DNA of 64,000 bases from NCBI GenBank assembly GCA_965224025.1, contig OZ245033.1, positions 736,001-800,000 of the forward strand, given 5' to 3'. Made by a program: the position numbers and the translations under genes. Of the stretch, positions 19,048 to 29,431 are shown piece by piece (the first letter of the stretch is position 1; every line of letters starts with the position of its first letter). Below the pieces are notes generated by a model. That model did no database searches, had not been told where the DNA came from, and saw only the letters and a program-made list of their open reading frames with translations. Origin of the DNA: Candidatus Multivorans sp. GTDB lineage: Bacteria > Acidobacteriota > Thermoanaerobaculia > Multivoradales > Multivoraceae.

Positions 19048-19949
19048 CGACCGCTCCAGGCCATCGAGGCCGCCGCGGCCAGGCGACTCAGACCGACCAG
19101 CGCCTCGCGGCGGTTCCGCGCGCGGCGGGGCCGGCGAAGCGGCAGCAGAGCGATGCGGAGCAGAGCGGCGACGACCAGCATGAGATTCAGCACGAGAGCG
19201 GTGCCGCGGCTGTGGTGCTTGCGAGCGTATCGGTCCAGGTTGCGGTAGTAGGCGAGCAGGAAGGGGCCGTACCCGAGGCGCGGTACGGAGGCGCCGAGGC
19301 CATGCCGGAAGGTGGCGTTCGGCCAGTAGCGGATCGTCTCGCCCAGGTCGCGGAGCCGGCGGGCGAGGTCGACGTCCTCGAACCAGGCGGGCCAGAACTC
19401 TTCGTCCATGCCCCCGGCGGCATCGAAGGCGTCGCGTCGGAGCAGAAGGGCGCAGGCCGCCGGCTGCTCGAGGGGCGATCCGGCCGGCGGCTCGGGCATC
19501 GCTCTGGGCTCCGCGAAGCAGCAGTAGCCGAGCAGCGTTCGCAGGTCGGGCAGCCTGCGCAATTGCCAACCGGCCTGGGAAGCGCCGCTCCGGTCCACCA
19601 GCCGGGGCGCCAGGCCGACTGCTTCCGGGTGCCGTTCCATGCCCCGAACCAGGGATTCGAGCGCTCCGGATTCGGGCCTGGCGTCGGTGTTCAGGATCAG
19701 CAGCAGGGATCCCCCAGCATCCGCCGCGCCGCGGTTGATCGCCGCTGCAAAGCCGAGATTGCGGCCCGGTTCGAGGACGTGGACGTTCGGCCGGCCGGCC
19801 CCCAGTTCGCTCAGGTTTCCGCCCGAGCCGTTGTCGACCACGATCAGTTCGAACCGTCCTTCGCGGGGCCAGCTCTCGACAAGGAGCGCGAAGTTGTCCT
19901 CGTCGTGCCAGTGCGGCGCCACCGCGGTCAGAATCGGAGTGTCGATCAT
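19044..19949 (-). CDS. Glycosyltransferase family 2
   Basis: IVVDNGS, NLGFAAAINRG, LILNTD and WFEDVDLARR motifs; ATGA overlap. Confidence 0.9.
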   Translation of the reverse strand: MIDTPILTAVAPHWHDEDNFALLVESWPREGRFELIVVDNGSGGNLSELGAGRPNVHVLEPGRNLGFAAAINRGAADAGGSLLLILNTDARPESGALESLVRGMERHPEAVGLAPRLVDRSGASQAGWQLRRLPDLRTLLGYCCFAEPRAMPEPPAGSPLEQPAACALLLRRDAFDAAGGMDEEFWPAWFEDVDLARRLRDLGETIRYWPNATFRHGLGASVPRLGYGPFLLAYYRNLDRYARKHHSRGTALVLNLMLVVAALLRIALLPLRRPRRARNRREALVGLSRLAAAASMAWSGR

Positions 19950-21079
19950 CGCCCGATTCCGTCGTCGTCCTGAGGGCTCCAGGTCGACTGCCCGCGGCCG
20001 AAACCGGCGAAGCGCGGAAGGAGCCGGAACGCCCGGCACCAGGCGAACAGGAGATCCACGGGTCCCGGGCGTCGTGGATCGCCCGGCAGCGTTTCGCCCT
20101 TCCGGCCCCGGAGCATGTCGACCGCATCCTGAAACAGGAGTCCGGGCAGCCGGCGCCAGAAGGTCCGGCCGAGCCGCGTCGCCAGAACCAGCAGACGATT
20201 GCAGTAGATCCGGCGGACGCGCCGCCGGGCGGCGCGGGGGCCCCGGCTCGACAACGCGCCGGCATGTTCGATGCGCGCCGCCGGCGCCAGCGCCGCCTCG
20301 TACGATGCCCGGCGCAGCCGGTCGGCAAGTTCGACATCCTCGTAGTAGTTGTCGAGCCGCTCGTTGAAGGGTCGGAGCGGTTGACCCGCCGGGCTCACCG
20401 CGACAAGCGCGTCGCGCCGGTAGATGGCGGCGGTCGCGGAGACGCCGTACACGGGTCGCGGCGCACCAGCGGGCGGCGGCGCGAATTCGCCGCGGTCGAC
20501 CTGAACCGCCTGCCACCGGTGGTTCCAGGCCAGGCCGGCGCCGTCGATCCGTACGTCGCTGCCGTCGCCGGCTGGAAGCAGGTTGATCCCCTGCGCCGCC
20601 GCGACCTGGGAGTCGGGGGAGGGCGTCGGGCCGGCCGCGGCGCATGCGCCGAGCGCCTCCAGCAACGCCCGGGTCCAGCCGGTCGCAAGCACGGCGTCGT
20701 CGTTCACCAGGGCGATCCACCCCCCAACGCTGGCGGCGATGCCGCCGTTGGCGGCGCGGGCGAATCCCGCCGGCCGGGGCAGTTGCACGATCCGCGGCGC
20801 TTCCTGGAACGCGGCGGGATGATCCGACGCGAGTTGCCGCGCGAGCGCTCTGAGGGCTGCCGGCCCGCCGGCCAGCGTCTCGGTACCCGGCGCCACGTCG
20901 CGGCCGGTCGCTGCCGGGTGCTGCCAGACGACGATCAGTTCGGCCGCCGCGGCGGTCTCTGACGCGTCCCTGTAGATGGACTCAAGGCATTCTGCGACGT
21001 GTTCGGGCACACCGACCGTTGGAACCACGTAGGAGAGTGCCGGCGCCTGTGCCGACCCGGCGTCGCAGCAGGCGATCAA
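19946..21079 (-). CDS. Glycosyltransferase family 2
   Basis: GFARAANGG, ALVNDDA, SATAAIYRR and YYEDVELA.RL motifs. Confidence 0.87.
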   Translation of the reverse strand: MIACCDAGSAQAPALSYVVPTVGVPEHVAECLESIYRDASETAAAAELIVVWQHPAATGRDVAPGTETLAGGPAALRALARQLASDHPAAFQEAPRIVQLPRPAGFARAANGGIAASVGGWIALVNDDAVLATGWTRALLEALGACAAAGPTPSPDSQVAAAQGINLLPAGDGSDVRIDGAGLAWNHRWQAVQVDRGEFAPPPAGAPRPVYGVSATAAIYRRDALVAVSPAGQPLRPFNERLDNYYEDVELADRLRRASYEAALAPAARIEHAGALSSRGPRAARRRVRRIYCNRLLVLATRLGRTFWRRLPGLLFQDAVDMLRGRKGETLPGDPRRPGPVDLLFAWCRAFRLLPRFAGFGRGQSTWSPQDDDGIGR

Positions 21080-22938
21080 GGTGAGGCAGTCCGGCCGACG
21101 TGGAGAGCGTGGAAGAGGATCACCTCGACCTCCGCGGGGAGCTCCGGATCGCGGACGATCACCAGGTCACCGCGTCTACAGAGCGGAGCGAGATCGAACT
21201 CGGCACGGTAGCGGGTGCCGAAGAAGGGACCGTCGGCGCCGGTCGCGACCCAGTGGAGCCAGGGTGCGCGGCCCGCGGCGGCGCCGCTTTCACGGGCGGA
21301 CCACTCGCCGGTGTGATCGCCGTGTTGTAGTTCCAAGGAGTCCTCCGTCAGTTCGGCGCCGATCCGGGCCACCGTTTGACCCGCGGCAACGCCGCCGCCG
21401 TGGGCAACCGCCGTATCGAGCACCAGGGTTCCGCAGCCGGCCGCTTCGGCTGCCCATCGCGGCTGGTCCGGGGTCAGCACCTGCCTTGGCGAGCTGAGCA
21501 GCGTCTGCCGGGGTAGGAACGCTCCCCAGGAGCCGAGTGCCGCCGCCGTCAGCACCACGGCGCCGACCGCCAGCACGATGGCACGGGGCGCGGGCGCCCT
21601 CCGCACGAGCGTGCCGACGCCGCGCCCGATCAGGATCAGGACGATCAGTCCGAGCCAGCGATCGAATGCGGTATCGAGTCCGAGCGCGCTCAGTCGATCG
21701 TCTAGATGCGCGGCGCGGAGCCACGGATAGGTGGCTGAGAGAGTGGCGAACACGAGCAGACTGCCCTGCCAGCAGAACCCGAACACGGCCGCATCGCCAC
21801 GCAGGCCGATACCCTGCCAGGGCCCGGCCGGAGGCGGATCGTCGGCGGATACGGCGCTCGGCCGCTGCGCGCTCAGCACGGTCCACAGCGCGATACCCGC
21901 CAGCAGGGCCTGCGGAGGCGGCAGGAAGCGCAGGCCGGCGAGCGAAAGCAGAACGGCCGCCGCCACCGTGTGCAGGTTGCCCCGACCGGCCAGGTTGGGC
22001 GCGGCAAGGAGGACCAGGGGCAATCCGGCAAGCGCCAGGGGCCAGGGCGCCGCCGCCGCGGGCGGCAGCCCGAGGGCCAGGGCGCCGGCCAGAACGAGGA
22101 CGATGGCGAAGGCGAATCGGCGCCAGACGACGGCGGCCGCCATTGCTGCGAGCAGAACCCCGAACGCGGGCTCGCGGACGAAGACGAGCCCCAGGACCAG
22201 CGTCAAGGCGAGCCCCAGCACTGCCGCCGCCACCGACCAACGCTCCTCGAGGGCCCGAGCGGCCGCGTCGGCGAGCGCCGCTGCGGCGAGCACCAGGACG
22301 ACGTTCGAGCGGACGCCGCCCGCGGCAAGGATCACGGCGGCTGTTCCCGCCAGGGCCGGAGCGCCCATGCGGGCGAACAGGGCGGTCAGAAGGACCGCTG
22401 CCGCGGCGGGAATGGCGACGAGTACGACCAGCAGCCGGAGCGTTGGACCGTCGAGCAGCTCCCCCTGCCGCAGGAGCAGGTTGAATCCGATCAGCGCCGA
22501 CATCAGGGTGCCGCCGAGGCGTATCAGGCGTGCCGGCGCCAGGGCGCCGGGCGGCGCCAGCAGATCGGCCCGGCGGGCGAGCAGAGTGTCCACGAGAAGC
22601 GCCGCGGGACCCAGACAGAGCAGGGCGCCCACCGCGGTCGCGCGGCCCGGACCGTCCGGGGGTACGGCCGCGAACGCAACCACGGTCAGGACCGGCAGCG
22701 CCAGCGCGGCCGGGCTGAATGGGCGCCGGGCGGCGCCCGCGGCGGCGATCAGGACGGCCGTTGCGGCGAACGCGAGGTAGCGTCCTTCAGCCGCCGCCTC
22801 CGCATCGCGCTCGACCGCCGCCAGGGAGGCCATCGCCAGCCCTGCCAGCAGGGGCGGCAGGGCGGCGGTCCACGGGGGTGACGGGGCCGACCCGGGACGG
22901 GCCGGCGCGGAAGCGGATTCAGTCGTCAATTGAGCCAT
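21076..22938 (-). CDS. Polytopic membrane protein (first gene of the polysaccharide operon)
   Basis: Many hydrophobic segments; stop overlaps the GT2 start; ATG at 22938 preceded by AAGG. Confidence 0.7.
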   Translation of the reverse strand: MAQLTTESASAPARPGSAPSPPWTAALPPLLAGLAMASLAAVERDAEAAAEGRYLAFAATAVLIAAAGAARRPFSPAALALPVLTVVAFAAVPPDGPGRATAVGALLCLGPAALLVDTLLARRADLLAPPGALAPARLIRLGGTLMSALIGFNLLLRQGELLDGPTLRLLVVLVAIPAAAAVLLTALFARMGAPALAGTAAVILAAGGVRSNVVLVLAAAALADAAARALEERWSVAAAVLGLALTLVLGLVFVREPAFGVLLAAMAAAVVWRRFAFAIVLVLAGALALGLPPAAAAPWPLALAGLPLVLLAAPNLAGRGNLHTVAAAVLLSLAGLRFLPPPQALLAGIALWTVLSAQRPSAVSADDPPPAGPWQGIGLRGDAAVFGFCWQGSLLVFATLSATYPWLRAAHLDDRLSALGLDTAFDRWLGLIVLILIGRGVGTLVRRAPAPRAIVLAVGAVVLTAAALGSWGAFLPRQTLLSSPRQVLTPDQPRWAAEAAGCGTLVLDTAVAHGGGVAAGQTVARIGAELTEDSLELQHGDHTGEWSARESGAAAGRAPWLHWVATGADGPFFGTRYRAEFDLAPLCRRGDLVIVRDPELPAEVEVILFHALHVGRTASP

Positions 22939-23052
22939 CCTTGCGGTGCCGGCGAACCGTTGGAAGACTGCCGCCGCCACTCCGCCGCGTTCATCGTTGG
23001 CAGCGCGCCATCCTTGCCGTGGCGGGCAAACGTTGGAAGACTGCCACCGCCA
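22934..23052. repeat. 46-bp direct duplication of the divergent intergenic region
   Basis: 22934-22979 vs 23007-23052, 40/46 identical. Confidence 0.8.
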
Positions 23053-24344
23053 TGTTGCCCCGAGAACTGCTCAGAAGCGAACCGCAACGGGTTGCGGACG
23101 CCCTCGAGGCGCGCGGCGTCGATGCCGTGCTGGTCGACCAATGGGCGACCTGCGACCTGCGCCGCCGTGAAGCGCTGACCGAACTCGAGGAACTCCGTCA
23201 CCGTCGTCGGTTGGCTGGTCGCGAGATTGGCAAGCTCAAGGCTCAGGGCGAGGCAAAGGAAGAAGACGCCTCCAGACGCATTCTAGAGATGACGGAGCTC
23301 AAGGCCCGCATCGAGGGCCTTGAAGACATCGTGGCGCAGGCCGAAGAGGAGCTCGTCGAAACGGAGCTCAAGGTCCCGAACATCGCTGACGAGACGGTCC
23401 CGGTCGGCAGCGACGAGTCGGCGAACCGCGTCGAGCGGGTCGTCGGCGAGCTGCCCGAGTTCGACTTCGAGCCGAAGGCGCACTGGGACATCGGCCCGGA
23501 GTTGGGGATCCTCGACTTCGAGCGCGGCGCCAAGCTGGCTGGGGCCCGGTTCACCATCTACTTCGGCTGGGGGGCACGCCTGGAGCGGGCCCTCGGCGCC
23601 TTCATGCTCGACCTGCACACCGAGGAGCATGGCTACACCGAGGTCCTGCCTCCCTACCTGGTCAAGCGCGAGTGCCTGTTCGGCAGCGGCCAACTGCCGA
23701 AGTTCGGGGAGGAAGTGTTCCACGTCCAGCCCAATTCGCGCTACCTGATCCCGACCGGCGAAGTGCCCCTGGTCAACCTGCACGCCGGCGAAGTGCTCGA
23801 CGAGGATCAGTTGCCCTTGTGCTACGCCGCGCTCACGCCCTGCTTCCGCGCCGAGGCCGGGTCGTACGGTCGCGACGTGCGCGGACTCATCCGCCAGCAC
23901 CAGTTCCACAAGGTCGAGTTGGTGCAACTGACGACGCCCGAGACCAGCCACGACACGTTGGAGCAACTGACGGCCCACGCCGAACGCGTGCTGCAGCGAC
24001 TGGAACTGCCTTACCGGGTCGTGTCTCTCTGCACCGGCGACATCGGATTCGCCATGGTCAAGACCTACGACCTGGAGGTGTGGCTTCCCGGCCAGCAGGC
24101 GTACCGGGAGATCTCCTCTTGCAGCAACGCCGAGGCGTTCCAGGCGCGGCGCGTGCGTACCCGCTTCCGGCCGCGGGAGGGCGGCTCGCTACGCTATGTC
24201 CACACCTTGAACGGTTCGGGCCTGGCGGTTGGGCGGACCCTGATTGCGGTGCTGGAGAACTGCCAGACAGCGTCAGGTTCGATACGCATTCCGGCTGCCC
24301 TCCAGCCGTACGTCGGCGGGGTCGAGGAGATCCCGGCAGCCTAG
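23052..24344 (+). CDS. serS: Serine--tRNA ligase
   Basis: Coiled-coil N-terminus; [45 protein letters not shown] and [12 protein letters not shown] motifs. Confidence 0.97.
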   Translation: MLPRELLRSEPQRVADALEARGVDAVLVDQWATCDLRRREALTELEELRHRRRLAGREIGKLKAQGEAKEEDASRRILEMTELKARIEGLEDIVAQAEEELVETELKVPNIADETVPVGSDESANRVERVVGELPEFDFEPKAHWDIGPELGILDFERGAKLAGARFTIYFGWGARLERALGAFMLDLHTEEHGYTEVLPPYLVKRECLFGSGQLPKFGEEVFHVQPNSRYLIPTGEVPLVNLHAGEVLDEDQLPLCYAALTPCFRAEAGSYGRDVRGLIRQHQFHKVELVQLTTPETSHDTLEQLTAHAERVLQRLELPYRVVSLCTGDIGFAMVKTYDLEVWLPGQQAYREISSCSNAEAFQARRVRTRFRPREGGSLRYVHTLNGSGLAVGRTLIAVLENCQTASGSIRIPAALQPYVGGVEEIPAA

Positions 24345-24422
24345 GCTGCGTGCGCCACGGAACATGGCGTACGTCGATCTTCCTGCCGCGCACGCTGCTA
24401 GTTTGGAGAATTCTGCCGCCTC

Positions 24423-24513
24423 GGAGGGGTGGCTGAGTGGTCGAAAGCACCGGTCTTGAAAACCGGCGTGGGTTGATAGCCCACCGTGGGTTCGAATCCC
24501 ACCCCCTCCGCCA
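24423..24513 (+). tRNA. tRNA-Ser(TGA)
   Basis: Acceptor GGAGGGG/CCCCTCC, anticodon arm CCGGT-CTTGAAA-ACCGG, long variable arm, 3' CCA. Confidence 0.96.
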
Positions 24514-24537
24514 CACCTTGGCCCGGTGACCGGTGGT

Positions 24538-24611
24538 CACCGGTCTTGGCGTGTTCCAGAATCGGCGTGGAAATAACCGACCGCTGGTTCGAATCCCACC
24601 CCCTCCGCCAC
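24538..24611 (+). repeat. Degenerate duplicate of the tRNA-Ser 3' portion (pseudo-tRNA or att-like scar)
   Basis: CACCGGTCTTG and AATCGGCGTGG echo the anticodon and variable region; 24586-24611 is identical to 24489-24514 (26 nt). Confidence 0.8.
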
Positions 24612-24653
24612 TCCGGGCTTGAGGAGCGCTACGCTTGGGTTGAAGAGGTAGTC

Positions 24654-25565
24654 GTGAACAGAAGACCGTCCGATGCATGGCAGGCCGAGATCCGGGCGGA
24701 GCTGGCCAACCTTGAGGAGATCGCGCTGGCGACCAAGCCGTCGTCCGGCGATCTTCCAAGTCTGCACGGGGTGGACATCAACGGCGCCTCCATGCCGCTG
24801 CGCCAGGCGATAGGCGGCGACCACCTGATCTACCTCGATTTCAAGCAGCGGTACGACCTGGACCGCCGCATCCGCGAGGCGGAGGCGGCCGGCAACGCGC
24901 GGGTCGTGGCGGGCCTGCGTCAGTCGCAGCAGCGCGCCGGCGTGCTGGTGGCCGATGTGTCGGGCCACAAGGCGACGGACGCCCTGGTGGCGGCGATGCT
25001 GCACCAGGCGTTCCTGCTCGGGGCGTACTACGAACTCGACCTGTTCGGCGAGATCACGACCCGGCTGTTCGAGCACATCAACCAGCGCTTCTACAAGTCG
25101 ACCACTCTGAACAAGTACCTGACCATGCTCTACGGCGAAGTCTCGGAGCACGGGAAGTTCCGTTTCTTCTCGGCCGGCCACCCCGCGCCTCTTCTCTTCG
25201 CCGGCCGCCCCGGCCGCATCGAGCACCTCCGCGAGGACCAACTGGTCCGCTTCCCGCCGGTCGGCATGTTCGCCTCGAACGCCTACATGGACGAGTTGGT
25301 CGACCCGGGTCCCCTTGGCTACAAGCGCCCCTATGAAGTCAGCGAACTCGACCTGCTCGAGGCCGGCGATCTCCTCCTGCTCTACACGGACGGCTTCGCC
25401 GAACACGGCGGCGATCGCTACCTGGCGGAACGAGCCGAGGGGCTTCTCGAGGCCGTCCGGGGCCGGAGCGCGAGCGAGATCTGCGAGCGCCTCAAGGAGG
25501 ACCTGCTCGCCTTCGCGCCGCCCGAGGACGACATCAGCTTCGTGGTGATCAAGAAGACCGAGTAG
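24654..25565 (+). CDS. SpoIIE/RsbU-type PP2C phosphatase, without an obvious sensor domain
   Basis: IGGDH, VADVSGH, SAGHP, LLLYTDG and DDISFVVIK motifs. Confidence 0.88.
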   Translation: MNRRPSDAWQAEIRAELANLEEIALATKPSSGDLPSLHGVDINGASMPLRQAIGGDHLIYLDFKQRYDLDRRIREAEAAGNARVVAGLRQSQQRAGVLVADVSGHKATDALVAAMLHQAFLLGAYYELDLFGEITTRLFEHINQRFYKSTTLNKYLTMLYGEVSEHGKFRFFSAGHPAPLLFAGRPGRIEHLREDQLVRFPPVGMFASNAYMDELVDPGPLGYKRPYEVSELDLLEAGDLLLLYTDGFAEHGGDRYLAERAEGLLEAVRGRSASEICERLKEDLLAFAPPEDDISFVVIKKTE

Positions 25566-25693
25566 CGAGCCGAGCGACCAGACCGGGAGCGGCGGCGTCG
25601 CCGCCGCTGCGTGCCAAATCCCGAAGGGGCAGAGGGCGGAACCCTCATCCTGTATCGTTGAAAGTCCCCACTCAGAAACTTGGAGAGTTCACG

Positions 25694-27613
25694 ATGCCCG
25701 TGACGATGCTCCCACGGTCCGCTCTGCTGGCCTTCGCCGTCGCCGCTCTAGCCTGCGCCGGGCCGCCGGCCGACGACGCGCCCGGCCCCTCGCGCTCCGG
25801 CAGCGCTGGCGCCACGCCCGGAGACGCCGCCGACCGGGTCGCCCTGTTCGGGGACATGCACATCCACACGATGTACTCGCACGACGCCTTCATGGGCACC
25901 GTGCGCACCACGCCGGATGACGCCTACCGGTACGCCAGGGGGGAGGCGATCCCACACCCCTCAGGCGAACAGATCCGGCTCTCCGGCGCGCCGCTCGACT
26001 TCCTCGCGGTGACCGACCATGCGGAGTATCTGGGTGCCCTGGCGGCGCTGATCGATCCCTCGAGCCCGACCTATGGGCATGCGTTGACCGACGATCTGAT
26101 CACTGGCCAGAGCGGCGGGAACCGGGCGCGGCTGGGTGCGCTGAGCCGGGTGCGGGAACTGGCCCGCGCGGGCGATCCGATCAACGGCCCGGATGTGCGC
26201 GGAAGCGCCTGGCAGCGGATCATCGAGGCGGCCGAGCGCCACAACGATCCCGGGCGGTTCACCGCCCTGATCGGCTACGAGTACACGATGGGGGTAAGCA
26301 GCCGTCACCTGCACCGGAACGTCATCTTCCGCGGCAGCGAGGCGCCGGACCTGCCCTTCAGTTCCCTCGACGGCGACCCCGAGGACCTCTGGACCTGGCT
26401 CGACGGTCTGCGCGAGGAGGGGATCGAGGCGCTCGCGATGCCGCACAACATGAACCAGAGCGACGGCCTGGCCTTTCCCGACCGGGAGACGTGGAAGGGC
26501 GCGGAGATCGACGCCGCCTTCGCTGCCAAGCGGATACGGAACGAACCGGTAGCCGAGATCAGCCAGCAGAAGGGCACGTCGGAGGTCCATCCGTCGCTGT
26601 CGCCGAACGACGAGTGGGCCGACTTCCAGATCGTCCAGTACTACCTGGATCGGGTCAACAACACCGACCCGATCTCGGTCTTCAAGGGCGGCTACTGGCG
26701 GGACGCCCTCTTGACCGGGCTCGAGATGGAGGCGCGCCTGGGCGTGAACCCCTACGCTCTCGGTGCGATCGGATCGAGCGACAGCCACGTCAGCGCCGGC
26801 TCCTTCGAGGAGGACAATCGCTTCACGTCGAGGGTGAACACGCCCCAGGCGCGCGGTTCCGCCTACAGCGAAGAGGATGGCGGCTGGGAGAGCTTCTGGA
26901 CGCCGCGCCAGGCCACGCACGGCACCGGCGGCCTGGCCGCGGTATGGGCCGGCGAGAACACCCGCGCCGCGATCTTCGACGCGCTGAAGCGCCGGGAGTC
27001 GTTCGCCACCTCGGGCACCCGCATCCGGGTGCGCTTCTTCGGCGGCTTCGGGCTCGATGAGGCCCTGGCACGGACTGCGGACCCGGTCGCCGCGGCCTAC
27101 GAGCACGGCGTGCCGATGGGCGGCGACCTCGAAGGCGGCAGCGCCGACGAGTCCCCTGGGAACGCGGGCGTCTCGCCCGCATCCGGCGACGGCGCACCGA
27201 GCTTCCTGGTCTGGGCGCTGCGCGACCCGGAGAACGCCTGGCTGCAGCGGGCCCAGGTCATCAAGGGCTGGCAGGAAGACGGCGAAGCGATGGAGCAGGT
27301 CTACGACGTCGTCTGCTCTGACGGTCTCGAGCCGGACCCCGAAACCCACCGCTGTGATGACAACGGCGCCCAGGTCAACCTGGACGACTGCTCGATCAGC
27401 CGCGACAAGGGCGCCGTCGAACTCCGGACCACCTGGACCGACCCGGACTTCGACCCCGGCGCTCGCTCCTTCTACTACGTCCGCGTGCTCGAGAACCCGA
27501 CCTGCCGCTGGTCGACCTGGGACGCGCTCAGCCTCGGCATCGAGCCGAACCCCGACCTCCACGCGACCCACCAGGAACGGGCCTGGAGCTCGCCGATCTG
27601 GTACACACCATGA
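25694..27613 (+). CDS. DUF3604 family lipoprotein (PHP-like metallohydrolase)
   Basis: Lipobox ALAC; FGDMHIHT..S.DA, DFLAVTDH, LHRNVIFR, PHN.N.S, SDSH, YYVRVLENPTCRWS and ERAWSSPIWY motifs. Confidence 0.9.
   Translation: MPVTMLPRSALLAFAVAALACAGPPADDAPGPSRSGSAGATPGDAADRVALFGDMHIHTMYSHDAFMGTVRTTPDDAYRYARGEAIPHPSGEQIRLSGAPLDFLAVTDHAEYLGALAALIDPSSPTYGHALTDDLITGQSGGNRARLGALSRVRELARAGDPINGPDVRGSAWQRIIEAAERHNDPGRFTALIGYEYTMGVSSRHLHRNVIFRGSEAPDLPFSSLDGDPEDLWTWLDGLREEGIEALAMPHNMNQSDGLAFPDRETWKGAEIDAAFAAKRIRNEPVAEISQQKGTSEVHPSLSPNDEWADFQIVQYYLDRVNNTDPISVFKGGYWRDALLTGLEMEARLGVNPYALGAIGSSDSHVSAGSFEEDNRFTSRVNTPQARGSAYSEEDGGWESFWTPRQATHGTGGLAAVWAGENTRAAIFDALKRRESFATSGTRIRVRFFGGFGLDEALARTADPVAAAYEHGVPMGGDLEGGSADESPGNAGVSPASGDGAPSFLVWALRDPENAWLQRAQVIKGWQEDGEAMEQVYDVVCSDGLEPDPETHRCDDNGAQVNLDDCSISRDKGAVELRTTWTDPDFDPGARSFYYVRVLENPTCRWSTWDALSLGIEPNPDLHATHQERAWSSPIWYTP
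27154..27185. repeat. REP-like repeat (family B), copy 2, inside a CDS
   Basis: Exact 32-nt match to the intergenic copies; read in frame as PGNAGVSPAS. Confidence 0.85.
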
Positions 27614-27721
27614 CCTCGTCTCCCTCGTGGGTACGAACGGAGCCCTGCTGGAGCGGTATCGGTAGGGCCGGCGTTGCGGAGTAAAGGAGCTCGGCCTCCG
27701 GCCGGCTCTGTGGAAGACACG

Positions 27722-28752
27722 CGCGAGGCGTCGCCGGTGTAGAAGGCGAGGCCGGAGGGGGCGATGGACGGCAGCCAGAAGATGGCCGGCTCCTCCATGC
27801 CTTCGCTCCAGAAGCGCTCGGAGATGCGGACCCCGTTGTAGTGACGGCCGTAGGAGACCACCGGCCAGCCGTAGTTCTTGCCGGGTTCGATGGTGTTCAG
27901 CTCGTCGCCGCCCTGCGGGGCGTGCTCGGTGGTCCAGGGCTGGCCGGTCTCGGGGTGCAGCGCCAGTCCCATCTGGTTGCGGTGACCCATCGAGTAGATC
28001 TCGGGCTTGTGCCCTTCCTTGCCGACGAAGGGGTTGTCGTCCGGGACGCTGCCGTCGAGGCGCAGGCGGAGCAGCTTGCCGGCGTGGCTGTTCGGGTCCT
28101 GGGCCAGCTTGGCGTGGCAGAAGAAGCTCTGCGTGCCGTCCACGAGGTCGGCGCCGAAGGCCCCGCCCATCGTCATGAACATGATGTCCTCGCCGGGCAC
28201 GAAGGCGAGCCGGGCAGCGGCGATCGATCCGCCCCAGGGCTCGGCCACGAAGACGTCCTCGACGTCGACGAGCGACATGCCGTTGAGCCGGCCGCGCACC
28301 AGGGCTACGGTGCCCTCGCGCCCGGAGATCTGCCTGGTGTAGGTGAGGTAAACGTATCCGCTGCCGGCGAAGTGCGGGTGAACCGCTACCTCCATCATCC
28401 CGGCGAGGCTGCGGGCCAGGACGTCGTCCGGCACGCCGGAGATCGGCTCGTCCACGAGCACGCCGTCGCGGACCAGGCGCAGCGCGCCGCCGCGCTCGGT
28501 CACCAGCATGTCGCCCTTGGGAAGGAAGGCGAGGGACCACGGGCGGTTGAGACCCCGGACGACGACCGAGACCTTCACTTCGGGGATCACGTGGGTGTTC
28601 ATGATCCACGGCTCGTCGGGCAACTCGACCCGCGGGATACCGCTCCCCCTGCCGCCATAGCCGGTCTGGGCCGCGGCCTGGCCGGCGATGCCGGCGGCGA
28701 CGAGCAGGAGCATGGCTATCGGGATCAGTCGCTTTTCGGTCGTTCGGTTCAT
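27722..28752 (-). pseudogene. PQQ-dependent sugar (glucose/sorbosone) dehydrogenase, 3'-truncated
   Basis: PWSLAFLP, GKLLRL..DG..P.DNPF, GHRNQMGL, EHAPQGGDELN and GKNYGWP motifs; similarity stops at APSGLAFYTGD and the ORF runs on into a REP-like sequence and antisense DUF3604. Confidence 0.75.
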
Positions 28753-28779
28753 CGTGTGTCTCCGTCTGGTTTCCGTCGG

Positions 28780-28811
28780 CCCTGGGAACGCGGGCGTCTC
28801 GCCCGCATCCG
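28780..28811. repeat. REP-like repeat (family B), copy 3
   Basis: Exact 32-nt match, immediately after a stop codon. Confidence 0.85.
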
Positions 28812-28812
28812 C

Positions 28813-29250
28813 CTAGCCATCCTCCTCATCCGACTCCGATTCCGGCTCCGAGTCGGATTTCGGCCACTCGGCGCCCTGTTCGATCCACCGACGGATTGTC
28901 TCGATCTGCTCCTCGGTCAACTGCGTGCCGGCCTCGTAGGGCGGCATCCGCATCTCCGCGAACTCGGAACTCACGCGGATGTAGAGCTCGCTGTCGTCCG
29001 GGTCGCCGGGCGCGATGTTCGGATAACCGCCGAGGTCGGCGAAAGCGCGCTCCTTGATGTCGAGCCTGAGATTCGCTTCCCGGCGCGCACGGTCCTCGCC
29101 GTGGCACTCGTAGCAGAAGCCCTCGAGGATCGGCTTCACCCGGGTGGCGTAGTCGACTTTGCCCTCCGTCTGGCCGTTTGCCCGTGGGGCCCCGATCCAG
29201 CCTGCGACCAGCAGGGCCAGCGGAACGGTGGTCAGACGGCGCGCTCTCAT
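28813..29250 (-). CDS. Stand-alone planctomycete-type cytochrome c domain protein
   Basis: Signal peptide; VKPIL..CYECHG, LRLD, PGDPDDSEL, RMPP and IRRWIEQGA motifs. Confidence 0.85.
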   Translation of the reverse strand: MRARRLTTVPLALLVAGWIGAPRANGQTEGKVDYATRVKPILEGFCYECHGEDRARREANLRLDIKERAFADLGGYPNIAPGDPDDSELYIRVSSEFAEMRMPPYEAGTQLTEEQIETIRRWIEQGAEWPKSDSEPESESDEEDG

Positions 29251-29431
29251 CCCTTTCTCTCCCCTACAAACGAAGAGACCCGCGGCGGCTCAGCGGTTCG
29301 AGCTGCTCGCAACGGGTCTCGGCTACAGTGTAGCCCCTTTCCCGACAGTGGACATGGCGACCTGGGGGTGGCAACCGGCGGCGGCTCTGCGGACGGTGGT
29401 CCGGGAAGGGTAGCCACGAGGAGAGGGACGG

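Noticed and set aside
16807-20337. Single 1176-aa glycosyltransferase
   Set aside because: The portion upstream of 19047 overlaps two other GT2 genes in different frames; the real start is the GTG overlapping the 19044 stop
24538-24611. Second functional tRNA-Ser
   Set aside because: No 5' acceptor strand or D-arm, and the anticodon arm is disrupted
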